NCBI GenBank assembly: GCA_034430515.1
Contig: DAOUEP010000035.1
Coordinates: forward strand, 1 to 49,834
Source of the DNA: Dehalococcoidales bacterium
Lineage (GTDB): Bacteria; Chloroflexota; Dehalococcoidia; Dehalococcoidales; RBG-16-60-22
DNA length: 49,834 bases
Direction: 5' to 3'
Shown here piece after piece: positions 1 through 7,938 of this stretch. Below the pieces are notes generated by a model that ran no database searches, had not been told where the DNA came from, and worked only from the letters and a program-made list of their open reading frames with translations. The first letter of the stretch is position 1, and each line of letters starts with the position of its first letter. A program made the position numbers and the translations under genes.

Positions 1-1005
1 CAGGCGGTTGAAGTCCACGCCGTTGGCGGTGCGCCGCGGCATCCCGAAGCTGGTGGTGGTCGTCAGCGCCTGAATCTCCACCAGCAGGGGGCGGCTGCCC
101 TCGATGACGGGTACTACCGCCGCGCCGATGGTCGCCTCCCCGTGCTGCGAGAGGAAGGCCAGCGACGGGTTGGCCACTTCCACCAGCCCCTTTTCTTTCA
201 TCTCGAAGACGCCCACCTCGTTGGTGGAGCCGAAGCGGTTCTTGACGCTGCGCAAGAGGCGGTAGGCGCTGAAAGGCTCGCCCTCCAGGTAGAGGACGCA
301 GTCGACGATGTGTTCCAGCAGGCGCGGCCCGGCGATGGCCCCCTCCTTGGTGACGTGGCCGGAGACGAAGACCGGCACGCCGTGCTGCTTGGCCCACTGC
401 ATGAGGCGCATGGTGGCCTCGCGCACCTGGCTGATGTTGCCCGGCGCCGCCTCGACGGCGGGCAGGTAGACGGTCTGGATGGAATCGACGATGAGCAGGC
501 CCGGCGCCATCGCCTCGGCCTGCTCCAGCGCCGCCTCCAGGTCGGTCTCGGCCAGGATGAAGAGCCCCGCCCCGCTCATCCCCAGCCGCTCCGCCCGCAG
601 CTTAAGCTGGTGGGCCGTTTCCTCGCCGGTGACGTAGACCACGGGGCTCCGGCCATCGGCTATGGCGGCGGCGGCCTGGAGGAGTAAGGTGGACTTGCCG
701 ATGCCGGGGTCGCCGGAGACGAGCACCAGCGAGCCGGCCACCACCCCGCCGCCGAGGACGCGGTTAAGCTCGCCGATGGCTACGGGACGGCGGTCGGCGC
801 TCTCGGTGCTCACCCGGGAAAGCTCCTGGGGCGGCTGTAGCGGGCCGGGGACGCGCGCTGCGGGGGCGGCTCGGGCCACCGTTACCTCCACGAAGCTGTT
901 CCACTGCTGGCAGTCGGGGCAGCGCCCCAGCCACTTGGGGCTTTCTTTGCCGCATTCCTGGCAGACGAAGACGGCTTTGGGGGAAGATTTTTCGGTCTTG
1001 CTCAC
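1..1005 (-). CDS. radA: DNA repair protein RadA/Sms, N-terminal 335 codons (3-prime part lies outside the window)
   Basis: The reverse frame is open from position 1 up to a GTG at 1003-1005. The translation starts MSKTEKSSPKAVFVCQECGKESPKWLGRCPDCQQWNSF (zinc ribbon) and contains Walker A GDPGIGKSTLL and the KNRFGST motif. It is absent from the ORF track because the window edge truncates it. Confidence 0.9.
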   Translation of the reverse strand, partial: MSKTEKSSPKAVFVCQECGKESPKWLGRCPDCQQWNSFVEVTVARAAPAARVPGPLQPPQELSRVSTESADRRPVAIGELNRVLGGGVVAGSLVLVSGDPGIGKSTLLLQAAAAIADGRSPVVYVTGEETAHQLKLRAERLGMSGAGLFILAETDLEAALEQAEAMAPGLLIVDSIQTVYLPAVEAAPGNISQVREATMRLMQWAKQHGVPVFVSGHVTKEGAIAGPRLLEHIVDCVLYLEGEPFSAYRLLRSVKNRFGSTNEVGVFEMKEKGLVEVANPSLAFLSQHGEATIGAAVVPVIEGSRPLLVEIQALTTTTSFGMPRRTANGVDFNRL

Positions 1006-1056
1006 ACGTTGACTTTAGCGGATTTTATATAATAAGGCAAGAGATAACTTCTTCAT

Positions 1057-1086
1057 TTGACAGTCTTCTCCCCCCACTATTAAGAT
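1057..1086 (+). promoter_or_regulatory. Candidate sigma70-type promoter for the HMGCS-like/thiolase operon
   Basis: TTGACA (1057-1062), an 18-nt spacer, then TAAGAT (1081-1086), about 60 nt upstream of the 1146 start. Confidence 0.35.
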
Positions 1087-1145
1087 GTGAATGGAGCTTA
1101 GCCACTCTATCCCCCCGGCGGAATAATCCAGAGAAAAGGAACAAG

Positions 1146-2567
1146 ATGGCGGGTATTCGTTCCATCGGCGTCTATCTCCCCGTCTACCGGCTCCACCGAG
1201 ACGCGGTGGCCCAGGTCTGGCGGGGGCGGGACGGCGCCGGCGCGCGGGCCGTGGCCGGCTACGACGAGGACAGCGTTACCATGGCCGTGGCGGCCGCGCT
1301 CGACTGCCTCAAGCGGGGAAAGACCGCGCCCGACGGCCTCTACCTGGCGACGACCACCGCCCCCTACCGCGAGAAGCAGGCGGCGGCGATTGTCGCCGCG
1401 GCCACCGACCTGCCCGATACCTGCCGCACCGCCGATTTCACCGATTCTGTAAGGTCGGGGACGGCGGCCCTGCGGGCGGCCCTGGACGCGGTGGCGGCCG
1501 GCTCGGCCCGGAGCGTGCTAGTGGCGGCGGCGGACAGCCGCCCGGCGGCGGCCCAGGGCAACCTGGAGATGGTCTTGGGGGACGGCGCCGCCGCTCTGGC
1601 TATCGGGGATGATGATGTCATCGCCGAGGTGGAGGAGGTCTACTCGCTCTACAACGATTTCACCGACTACTGGCGCGCCGCGGACGACAAGTTCATTCGC
1701 GCCGCCGAGGGGCGCTTCATCGACGAGGCCGGCTATTTCCCCACCATGACGGCGGCGGTGGACGGCCTGCTGAAGAAATGCAAGCTCGCCCCGACGGACA
1801 TCAGCAAATACGTCTATTACGCCGCCGACGCCCGCCAGCACGCCGGGCTGGCCCGGCGCCTCAAGCTGGATAAAGCCAGGGTGCAGCCGCCCCTCTACGA
1901 TGCTATCGGCAACAGCGGTACGGCGGCCGGCTTCCTGATGCTGGCGGCGGCCCTGGAAACGGCCCGACCGGGCGATAAAATCCTCTTCGCCGCCTACAGC
2001 GACGGCGCCGACGCCTTTATCCTGAGAGTCACCGATAAGATTAAGCAGTTTCAGAAAAGTCAGATTATCACCCCCAGGCTGGCGGGTAAAGTGAACATCG
2101 GCTACGGGCAGTACCTCACCTGGCGCGCTCTGGTGCCGGTGGAGGTCTCGACCCTGCCGGAGCGCACTGCCCTCTCGCTGCCGGCCCGCTGGCGCGAGCG
2201 CAAGACCGTGACGGCGCTCTACGGGGCCAAATGCAAGCAGTGCGGCACGCCGCAGATTTCCCAGATTGGCCAGACGCCGCGCGTCTGCGTAAATTGCCAG
2301 GCCAGAGACCAGTTCGAGCCGTACAAGTTCTCCGATAAGAAGGGCACGCTTTTCAGCTATACCATCGACCAACTCCAGCCCACCCTCAACCCGCCCGGCG
2401 TCAACGGCGTCGTCGATTTCGAGGGCGGGGGGCGCCTCATCTGCGAGCTGACCGACTGCCCGCCGGAGCAGGCCAGGGTGGGCCTGCCGGTGGCGATGAC
2501 CTACCGCAAGATGTTCGTCAGCCGCGGCATTATCAACTATTTCTGGAAGGCGATGCCGGCGGATTAG
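1146..2567 (+). CDS. HMG-CoA synthase-like (thiolase-fold) domain fused to a C-terminal DUF35 zinc-ribbon/OB-fold domain
   Basis: 473-aa ORF. The N-terminal ~330 aa resemble archaeal-type HMGCS/KAS III (IGVYLPVYRL, GNSGTAAGFLMLAAAL). The C-terminus has CKQCGTPQ...CVNCQ followed by an OB-like segment, as in DUF35. The thiolase gene follows 13 nt downstream. Confidence 0.7.
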   Translation: MAGIRSIGVYLPVYRLHRDAVAQVWRGRDGAGARAVAGYDEDSVTMAVAAALDCLKRGKTAPDGLYLATTTAPYREKQAAAIVAAATDLPDTCRTADFTDSVRSGTAALRAALDAVAAGSARSVLVAAADSRPAAAQGNLEMVLGDGAAALAIGDDDVIAEVEEVYSLYNDFTDYWRAADDKFIRAAEGRFIDEAGYFPTMTAAVDGLLKKCKLAPTDISKYVYYAADARQHAGLARRLKLDKARVQPPLYDAIGNSGTAAGFLMLAAALETARPGDKILFAAYSDGADAFILRVTDKIKQFQKSQIITPRLAGKVNIGYGQYLTWRALVPVEVSTLPERTALSLPARWRERKTVTALYGAKCKQCGTPQISQIGQTPRVCVNCQARDQFEPYKFSDKKGTLFSYTIDQLQPTLNPPGVNGVVDFEGGGRLICELTDCPPEQARVGLPVAMTYRKMFVSRGIINYFWKAMPAD

Positions 2568-2580
2568 CCGGGAGGCTTTA

Positions 2581-3771
2581 GTGGAGAGTATTAAGGATAA
2601 AGTCGCCATCGTGGGCATGGGCTGCACCCGTTTCGGCGAGCGCTGGGACAAGGGCGTCGAAGACCTCGTCGTCGAGGCCGCTTACGAAGCCTTTGAGGAC
2701 GCCGGTATCGAGCCGGAAGCAGTCCAGGCGGCCTGGGTGGGCACCGTCTTTTCCGGCCTCAGCGCCCTCACCCTGGCGCCGCTGCAATTGCAGTACGTCC
2801 CCATGACCCGCGTCGAGAACATGTGCGCCACCGGCTCGGAGGCGCTGCGGGGGGCGGCCTACGCCGTGGCCGCCGGCGTCTGCGACGTCGCCCTGGCGGT
2901 GGGCGTGGAGAAGCTCAAGGATGCCGGCACCACCGGCGTCAAGGGGCCCTCTATCGTCGGGGACAACCAGGAAGGGGCCTCGGGCATCGGGCCCGGCTAC
3001 AGCGCCCCGGCCTCGTTCGCCTACCTGGCGACGCGCTACTTCCACCATTACAAAATTCCCCCGGAGGAGGGCCGGCGCCTGCTGGCGCAGATTGCCGTCA
3101 AGAACCACCACAACGGCTCGCTCAACCCCAAGGCGCACTTCCAGAACGAGCTGACCGTGGCGCAGGCGGTCAACGCCCCCATCGTCGCCTGGCCGCTGGG
3201 CCTCTACGACTGCTGCGGCGTCAGCGACGGGGCCGCCGCGGCCGTGGTCACCCGCGCCGACCTGGCCCGGAAGTTCCGCCCCGACCCCATCTACATCAAG
3301 AGTATGCAAATCAACGTGGGGGCGCGCCAGGGGACGACCCTCCCCAACTACGACTTCGTCCACATCGAGGAGAACGTCCTCGGCTCGCGCCGGGCCTACG
3401 CCGAGGCGGGCATTAAAGACCCGCGCCGGGAGCTAAGCTGCGCCGAGGTGCACGACTGCTTTTCCATCCACGAGCTGATTATCTACGAAGACCTCGGCTT
3501 CAGCCGGCGCGGCGGCGCCCGCGAGGACATCGAGGCGGGTACTTTTGCGCTGGCCGGGGAGCTTCCCGTCAACACCGACGGCGGCTTAAAATGCTTCGGC
3601 CACCCCCTCGGCGCCAGCGGCCTGCGCATGATGTACGAGGTCTATAAGCAGCTCCAGGGTAAGGCCGGCCCGCGCCAGGTCAACAACCCGCGCCTGGGCC
3701 TGACCCACAACCTGGGCGGCAACGCCGGCAACGGCGTCTGCTCCTGCATTATCGTGGGGAACGAGAGGTAA
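2581..3771 (+). CDS. SCP-x/archaeal-type thiolase (acetyl-CoA acetyltransferase-like)
   Basis: GTG start, 396 aa. VAIVGMGCTRFG N-terminus, nucleophile context NMCATGSEAL and C-terminal CFGHPLGASG. Confidence 0.85.
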   Translation: MESIKDKVAIVGMGCTRFGERWDKGVEDLVVEAAYEAFEDAGIEPEAVQAAWVGTVFSGLSALTLAPLQLQYVPMTRVENMCATGSEALRGAAYAVAAGVCDVALAVGVEKLKDAGTTGVKGPSIVGDNQEGASGIGPGYSAPASFAYLATRYFHHYKIPPEEGRRLLAQIAVKNHHNGSLNPKAHFQNELTVAQAVNAPIVAWPLGLYDCCGVSDGAAAAVVTRADLARKFRPDPIYIKSMQINVGARQGTTLPNYDFVHIEENVLGSRRAYAEAGIKDPRRELSCAEVHDCFSIHELIIYEDLGFSRRGGAREDIEAGTFALAGELPVNTDGGLKCFGHPLGASGLRMMYEVYKQLQGKAGPRQVNNPRLGLTHNLGGNAGNGVCSCIIVGNER

Positions 3772-3791
3772 GCTTTTACGGGAGGCCAATC

Positions 3792-4190
3792 ATGGTAAAC
3801 AAAATCGACCACATCGCCATCGTCGTCAGGGACATCGCGGCGGCGCTCCAGCTCTACGGGGAGATGTTCGGCTTTAAGGCCGTGGAGACGCTGGACGGCC
3901 CCGGCGGCGAGTTCCGGGCGGTGCTGGCGCGCGCCGGGGACATCACCCTGGAGTTCTTCCAGCCGCTCAAGGAGGGAACGGAGTTCGCCCGCTTCCTGGA
4001 CGAGCGCGGCGGCGGCCTGCACCATATCTCCTTCGCCACCGACGACATCGCCGGGGAACTCGGCAAGCTCAAGGCCCAGGGGCGCAAGCTCCGGAACGAG
4101 GAGCCGGTGGCGCTGCCCAATGCTAAAATTGCCTTCCTGTCCCCCGCCGCCGCCGAGAACGTCCTCATCGAGTTGGTTGAGCGGGGGTAG
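3792..4190 (+). CDS. Methylmalonyl-CoA epimerase / VOC (glyoxalase-fold) protein
   Basis: 132 aa. IDHIAIVVRDI ... GGGLHHISFATDDI pattern. It is a paralog of 28424..28843. Confidence 0.75.
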   Translation: MVNKIDHIAIVVRDIAAALQLYGEMFGFKAVETLDGPGGEFRAVLARAGDITLEFFQPLKEGTEFARFLDERGGGLHHISFATDDIAGELGKLKAQGRKLRNEEPVALPNAKIAFLSPAAAENVLIELVERG

Positions 4191-4235
4191 GGTAGGACGT
4201 GGATGGGGTAAAGGGGTGGAAAAACTAAGAGATAA

Positions 4236-4292
4236 GCGGCAGATGCCGCAGGGCGGCCAGGGTGGGAATAGATAACACCGAGGGGGGCGGGG
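4236..4292 (+). repeat. Intergenic repeat, Z-module copy 1 (GATGCCGCAGGGCGGC..GGGTGGGAATAGATA..GGGGCGGGG)
   Basis: Aligns by eye with 22295-22349 (same orientation) and 23202-23257 (inverted). Confidence 0.8.
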
Positions 4293-4309
4293 TGTTAGAG
4301 GTGAGATTC

Positions 4310-4384
4310 TGGAGCGGGTGACGAGATTCGAACTCGCGACCCTCTGCTTGGGAAGCAGATACTCTACCACTGAGTTACACCCGC
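4310..4384 (-). tRNA. tRNA-Gly (anticodon CCC)
   Basis: The reverse complement is GCGGGTGTAACTCAGTGGTAGAGTATCTGCTTCCCAAGCAGAGGGTCGCGAGTTCGAATCTCGTCACCCGCTCCA. It folds as a 75-nt cloverleaf with anticodon loop TTCCCAA and an encoded CCA. Confidence 0.95.
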
Positions 4385-4446
4385 TTAAAGCCTCCCCATT
4401 GTAGCCCAAAAGGCCGGGGTTGTAAAGGAGACCCGCCCAAGCAGCA

Positions 4447-4481
4447 GGGCCGGGATTAGCTAACCCCGGCCCCCGGTTTTT
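4447..4481. terminator. GC hairpin (8 bp) with T5 run on the plus strand; possible terminator between the tRNA-Gly and lipoprotein genes
   Basis: GGGCCGGG (4447-4454) pairs with CCCGGCCC (4465-4472), followed by ccggTTTTT. It is unclear which strand it serves. Confidence 0.3.
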
Positions 4482-4502
4482 ACGTTCTGTCGCGGTTCTT
4501 TT

Positions 4503-4781
4503 TTACTGAACCGGCACGTAGTAGCCGCCTTCACCGTCGGGGGTGAGATCGATGTCACCCTCGCTGAAGTCGCCGCTAAGGTCTACGTCGATGTAGCCGC
4601 GCGAGAGGTTGTCCGCGGGGTCGCTCCCGGCGGGGTTATCTACACCGGACGAGACGATGGCCGTGGGTGTGAGGTCGCCGGTCTGCGACTCGTCCTGGGC
4701 GGGATCCGTCCCCGTGCAGCCGACGGCTACCGCCGCGACTATCGCCACCACCGCCACCATTCCCAAAATTCGCTTTTTCAT
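4503..4781 (-). CDS. Small acidic lipoprotein (hypothetical)
   Basis: 92 aa. Signal peptide with a lipobox (AVAVGC) and a D/E/G-rich mature part. Confidence 0.7.
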   Translation of the reverse strand: MKKRILGMVAVVAIVAAVAVGCTGTDPAQDESQTGDLTPTAIVSSGVDNPAGSDPADNLSRGYIDVDLSGDFSEGDIDLTPDGEGGYYVPVQ

Positions 4782-4827
4782 CTGATTCCTCCTTTAGTTC
4801 TGCTTACAATACGGATGCGGTACGGTT

Positions 4828-5259
4828 TTATAATCTGGTTGCCAGGCATTTGGCGCCGGCCCCGGTCCTGGCGGCGACTTTGGCGCCCTTCGCGGCGCGG
4901 CGGCGCTTGGCATTGATGCGGTCGGCCAGCTCCAGGATGCTGAAGGGTTTTCGGATGCAGTCGTCGGCGCCGTGGTTGATGGCGTCGTGGGCAATGTCTT
5001 CCTCGGCCCGGGCGGTGAGCACGATAATGGGCACGTCGGAATTTTGGCGGATAATATCCAGCAGCTGAAAGCCGCTTAAGTCGGGCAGCATGATATCCAG
5101 CACCACCAGGTCGGGCCGGTGGGTTTCCAGCAGCTTAAGGGCCTCTTTGCCGCCGGAGGCGGTGATGACGTCGTACCCGTCGGCGGTGAGGTTGACGCGG
5201 AGCAGCTTTAAGAGCGCTTCCTCGTCGTCCACGGCGATGATGAGCGGGCGGTTTTCCAT
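4828..5259 (-). CDS. Stand-alone receiver (REC) domain protein with a basic C-terminal tail
   Basis: ATG at 5259 is preceded by GAGGAGGA. DD, D (VVLDIMLPD), T and K (IRKPF) receiver residues are present and there is no output domain. The ORF track extends to a GTG at 5304 that overlaps the upstream stop codon. Confidence 0.8.
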   Translation of the reverse strand: MENRPLIIAVDDEEALLKLLRVNLTADGYDVITASGGKEALKLLETHRPDLVVLDIMLPDLSGFQLLDIIRQNSDVPIIVLTARAEEDIAHDAINHGADDCIRKPFSILELADRINAKRRRAAKGAKVAARTGAGAKCLATRL

Positions 5260-5300
5260 TTTGCTTTCCTCCTCGGGGGCTTCCCTCGGGGTTGCCTTGT

Positions 5301-6029
5301 TCACGACGCCACCACTGGAATCGTGTCGTTAGTCTCTTCGCAGTGGGGCATCATGTAGCCGATGCCCGGCTTGGTGAGGATATAGCGGGGGCTACGGGCG
5401 TCGTCCTCCAGCTTCTGGCGCAGGCGGCCGATGTTGACGTGGAGCAGGTGCGACTCGCCGTGGTACTCCTCGCCCCAGACCGCCTTGAGTATCTGATTGA
5501 TGGTGAGGATGTGGTCGGTGTTGCTGGCTAAATAGGAAATCAGCCGGAACTCGGTGCCGGTGAGGTCTATTTCGCGGCCGTCCCGGGTAACCCGGTGGCG
5601 GGCGAAATCGATGACCAGGTCGTAGCAGTGCACCTCCGGACGGGTATCGTCTTCGTACTGGTAGCTGCGGCGCATTACCGCCTTGACCCGGGCAATCAGC
5701 TCCTCGATGCCGAAGGGCTTGGAGATGTAATCGTCGGCGCCGAGCGAGAGACACTTGACCTTATCATCCTGGTAGCCGCGGGCGCTGAGCATAATGATGG
5801 GTACCTGAGACCAGCCGCGCAGCCGCCGGCAGACCTCGAAGCCGTCCACGTTGGGCATGACGATATCCAGAATCACCAGGTCGGGCGTTTCCGTCTCCAG
5901 TATCTTCAGGGCCTCGGCGCCGTCGCCGGCGATGAGGGTATCGTAGCCTTCTACCTTGAGATTGGCCCGCACGAACTTGAGGATGGCCGGGTCGTCGTCG
6001 GTAATAAGTATTCTGGGTTGCCGTTTCAT
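5301..6029 (-). CDS. OmpR-family response regulator, KdpE-like
   Basis: 242 aa, REC plus winged helix. LSARGYQDDKVKCLSLGADDYISKPFGIEEL and the C-terminal PGIGY resemble KdpE. Confidence 0.85.
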   Translation of the reverse strand: MKRQPRILITDDDPAILKFVRANLKVEGYDTLIAGDGAEALKILETETPDLVILDIVMPNVDGFEVCRRLRGWSQVPIIMLSARGYQDDKVKCLSLGADDYISKPFGIEELIARVKAVMRRSYQYEDDTRPEVHCYDLVIDFARHRVTRDGREIDLTGTEFRLISYLASNTDHILTINQILKAVWGEEYHGESHLLHVNIGRLRQKLEDDARSPRYILTKPGIGYMMPHCEETNDTIPVVAS

Positions 6030-6043
6030 CTCGTCTCCTTCGG

Positions 6044-6808
6044 CTAGGCGGGCAGGTTCCCCGCCACGCGCTGCAGTGCCTCCAGCAGACCTTTGAGTAT
6101 CTCCATCCGGCGCAAGCGCTTATCCAGCTCCTGTTCGCCGGCGGCATCGTCGTCGTCGCCAAGCTGAAAGGTGAGCCGGGTTACATCGGCCTGCTCCAGC
6201 ACGTAGGCCTCAAACAGGCGGTTTACCAGTGTCTTCACCGTTTCCCGGCGGGTGCGGCCGGTGGTTTGCGGGACGGCGGCCGGGGCGGGTGTCGCCTTAT
6301 CCGGCTCGCCCATCTCCCGACTTACCTTGCCCAGCCGTTCCAGCAGGGTTTCCATCTGAGCCAGGCGGCGCTGGCGCTGCGCTAGCTCCTGCGCTAGCTC
6401 CTCGTCGTTGCCCTGGCCCCGCCGGGCCTCCAGGGTCTCTATCTCCACCTGCTCCAGCATGTAGTTCTGGAGCACGCGGTCGCGCCAGGCGATGGTCTCG
6501 GCCAGTCCCATTTGCGGCGACCAGCCTTCCACCTCGACGCGGCAGGTGGCGGGGTCGGTTTCTTCCTCGGGGAAGACGTTATCAATATCGTTCATCAGGC
6601 GGAGCAGGGCCCGGCCGGCGTCGGTCAGGGAGAGGACGCCGGGGATGCCTTCCACCTCGACGGCCAGACCGCGGTTGAGGATGTGCTCGCGGTAGCGGTC
6701 GTACTCGTCGGGGGCCAGCTCCAGCTTCTGGCAGACGATTTCCTCGTCGCTGCCGACGGTCTTTAATATCTCTTCGACAATCTTTACCTGAGACCACTGG
6801 TGGTTCAT
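6044..6808 (-). CDS. Hypothetical cytoplasmic protein: N-terminal wHTH-like segment plus two internally repeated coiled-coil modules
   Basis: 254 aa. LSLTDAGRALLRL helix. Internal repeat (LQNYMLEQVEIETLEA...RRLAQMETLLERLGKV versus LFEAYVLEQADVTRLTF...KRLRRMEILKGLLEALQRV). The start overlaps the upstream stop as ATGA. Confidence 0.6.
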   Translation of the reverse strand: MNHQWSQVKIVEEILKTVGSDEEIVCQKLELAPDEYDRYREHILNRGLAVEVEGIPGVLSLTDAGRALLRLMNDIDNVFPEEETDPATCRVEVEGWSPQMGLAETIAWRDRVLQNYMLEQVEIETLEARRGQGNDEELAQELAQRQRRLAQMETLLERLGKVSREMGEPDKATPAPAAVPQTTGRTRRETVKTLVNRLFEAYVLEQADVTRLTFQLGDDDDAAGEQELDKRLRRMEILKGLLEALQRVAGNLPA

Positions 6809-7386
6809 GATGCACCTCCCGTAAAAGTAAGCGGTTCGATGATGCAGCCCAGGTCGTAAAAACCGGGCGCTATCACGTCGCTGACGGCGATGACGATGGT
6901 CAGGTCGGTTTCGTAATCGTTTTCGTTGGGGTCGAGGGTGAGAGCCCAGGTATCGGGCCCCATTCTTACGGCGCCGTTGGCGCCGTCGCTGGCGGTCATG
7001 GCCAGGGTGAAGCCGGCCGGGGCGGTCATTTTGACCTGGAGGTCCAGGGGCTGCTGGCTCCTATTGACCAGGGCCAGGTTGATGGTGAACTGGTCGCCGG
7101 TGAAGCACTCGACGGGGGCCTTGAAGCTGGCCCCGTCGTCACTGATGATGACACGCCCGCCGCTGGCGCTGCCGACCGTACCGCTGGCGACGCCGAGGGT
7201 CTGGTCGGCGTTGATGTTGACGTCGCCGCCGGCGGTGTCGGCCATGGCCTGACCGGCCACTCCTGCCGAGACGATGGTCAGGACGATGGCGGCCAGGACG
7301 ACGTAGAAACGGCGGCGCAGGTGCCTTTTAGGGGTGGGCACCGTTTCCGTTTCCATTGTTCCCGTTGTTTCCGCTGGTGCTATCAT
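6805..7386 (-). CDS. Secreted or membrane-anchored protein with a beta-sandwich (Ig-like) look
   Basis: 193 aa. RRRFYVVLAAIVLTIVSAGVAG hydrophobic anchor, then a T/S/G/V-rich beta-type sequence. AAGAGG lies 7 nt upstream of the ATG. Confidence 0.6.
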   Translation of the reverse strand: MIAPAETTGTMETETVPTPKRHLRRRFYVVLAAIVLTIVSAGVAGQAMADTAGGDVNINADQTLGVASGTVGSASGGRVIISDDGASFKAPVECFTGDQFTINLALVNRSQQPLDLQVKMTAPAGFTLAMTASDGANGAVRMGPDTWALTLDPNENDYETDLTIVIAVSDVIAPGFYDLGCIIEPLTFTGGAS

Positions 7387-7544
7387 GGCTTAGCCTCTTT
7401 TTACTGATTTGTGAGGGCGGGTCTTATCTCCGGTTTTCCCTCGCGATACTTACAGGATAGCGGCGCGGGGCTGAACGGAGGCTGAATATACCACGGCGAA
7501 TAATGGACAATAACTGAAGATGAAGATGTTTAAGCAAAGTCTAG

Positions 7545-7580
7545 GGATAAATAAAGAGCCTTCCGGTTGAGGAAGGCTCT
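7545..7580 (-). terminator. Rho-independent terminator
   Basis: A 10-bp stem AGAGCCTTCC/GGAAGGCTCT (7555-7564 / 7571-7580) is followed on the minus strand by TTTATTTAT. Confidence 0.75.
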
Positions 7581-7613
7581 AAACTGGCGGGAATGAGTAC
7601 CAGCACTTTGGTA

Positions 7614-7670
7614 CTAGGGGCCGTTCATGTAGATTTCGCAGGCCGGGCCCAGCGGCGCAAGGTCGCTCAT
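7614..7670 (-). CDS. Candidate 18-aa small ORF (MSDLAPLGPACEIYMNGP)
   Basis: An ATG..TAG ORF that runs directly into a 7-bp hairpin (7596-7615) and then the 7545-7580 terminator. It has no clear SD. Confidence 0.2.
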   Translation of the reverse strand: MSDLAPLGPACEIYMNGP

Positions 7671-7723
7671 CTGATTGTCTCAGAGGACGGGGGTAACGAG
7701 GTTGGTGTAGACTTCAATGCCGC

Positions 7724-7771
7724 CTAAGGCGGTAATGCCCATGCCGCCGGCATGGTAACGGTCGTTTTCAT
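7724..7771 (-). CDS. Candidate 15-aa small ORF (MKTTVTMPAAWALPP)
   Basis: ATG is preceded by GAAGGAGA with 8-nt spacing. It lies in an AT-richer 550-nt spacer. Confidence 0.3.
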   Translation of the reverse strand: MKTTVTMPAAWALPP

Positions 7772-7873
7772 TCGGACGTCTCCTTCGACCTGTTTACTTG
7801 CAGGATACAGTCGGCTGGCTAAACAGGGGCTGAACAACGCCGGGGGAATTCTGGATTTTTTCTGGATAAGACC

Positions 7874-7903
7874 CCAAAAATTAAGCGCCCCGAAGGGGGC
7901 GCC
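7874..7903 (-). terminator. Rho-independent terminator of the HK-REC-RR operon
   Basis: The stem GCGCCCC/GGGGCGC (7885-7891 / 7896-7902) is followed on the minus strand by TTAATTTTT, 35 nt after the stop at 7939. Confidence 0.75.
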
Positions 7904-7938
7904 GGGTGGTTTAGGGGGTCACGCTGGTGAGGCGTATT

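Noticed and set aside
7614-7771. Reading the tiny ORFs as one product via TGA read-through or selenocysteine (MGITALGGIEVYTNLVTPVL-TGA-DNQMSDLAPLGPACEIYMNGP share a frame)
   Set aside because: There is no SECIS-like hairpin just after the TGA, and the upstream ATG in that frame has no SD. The frame coincidence alone is not evidence.
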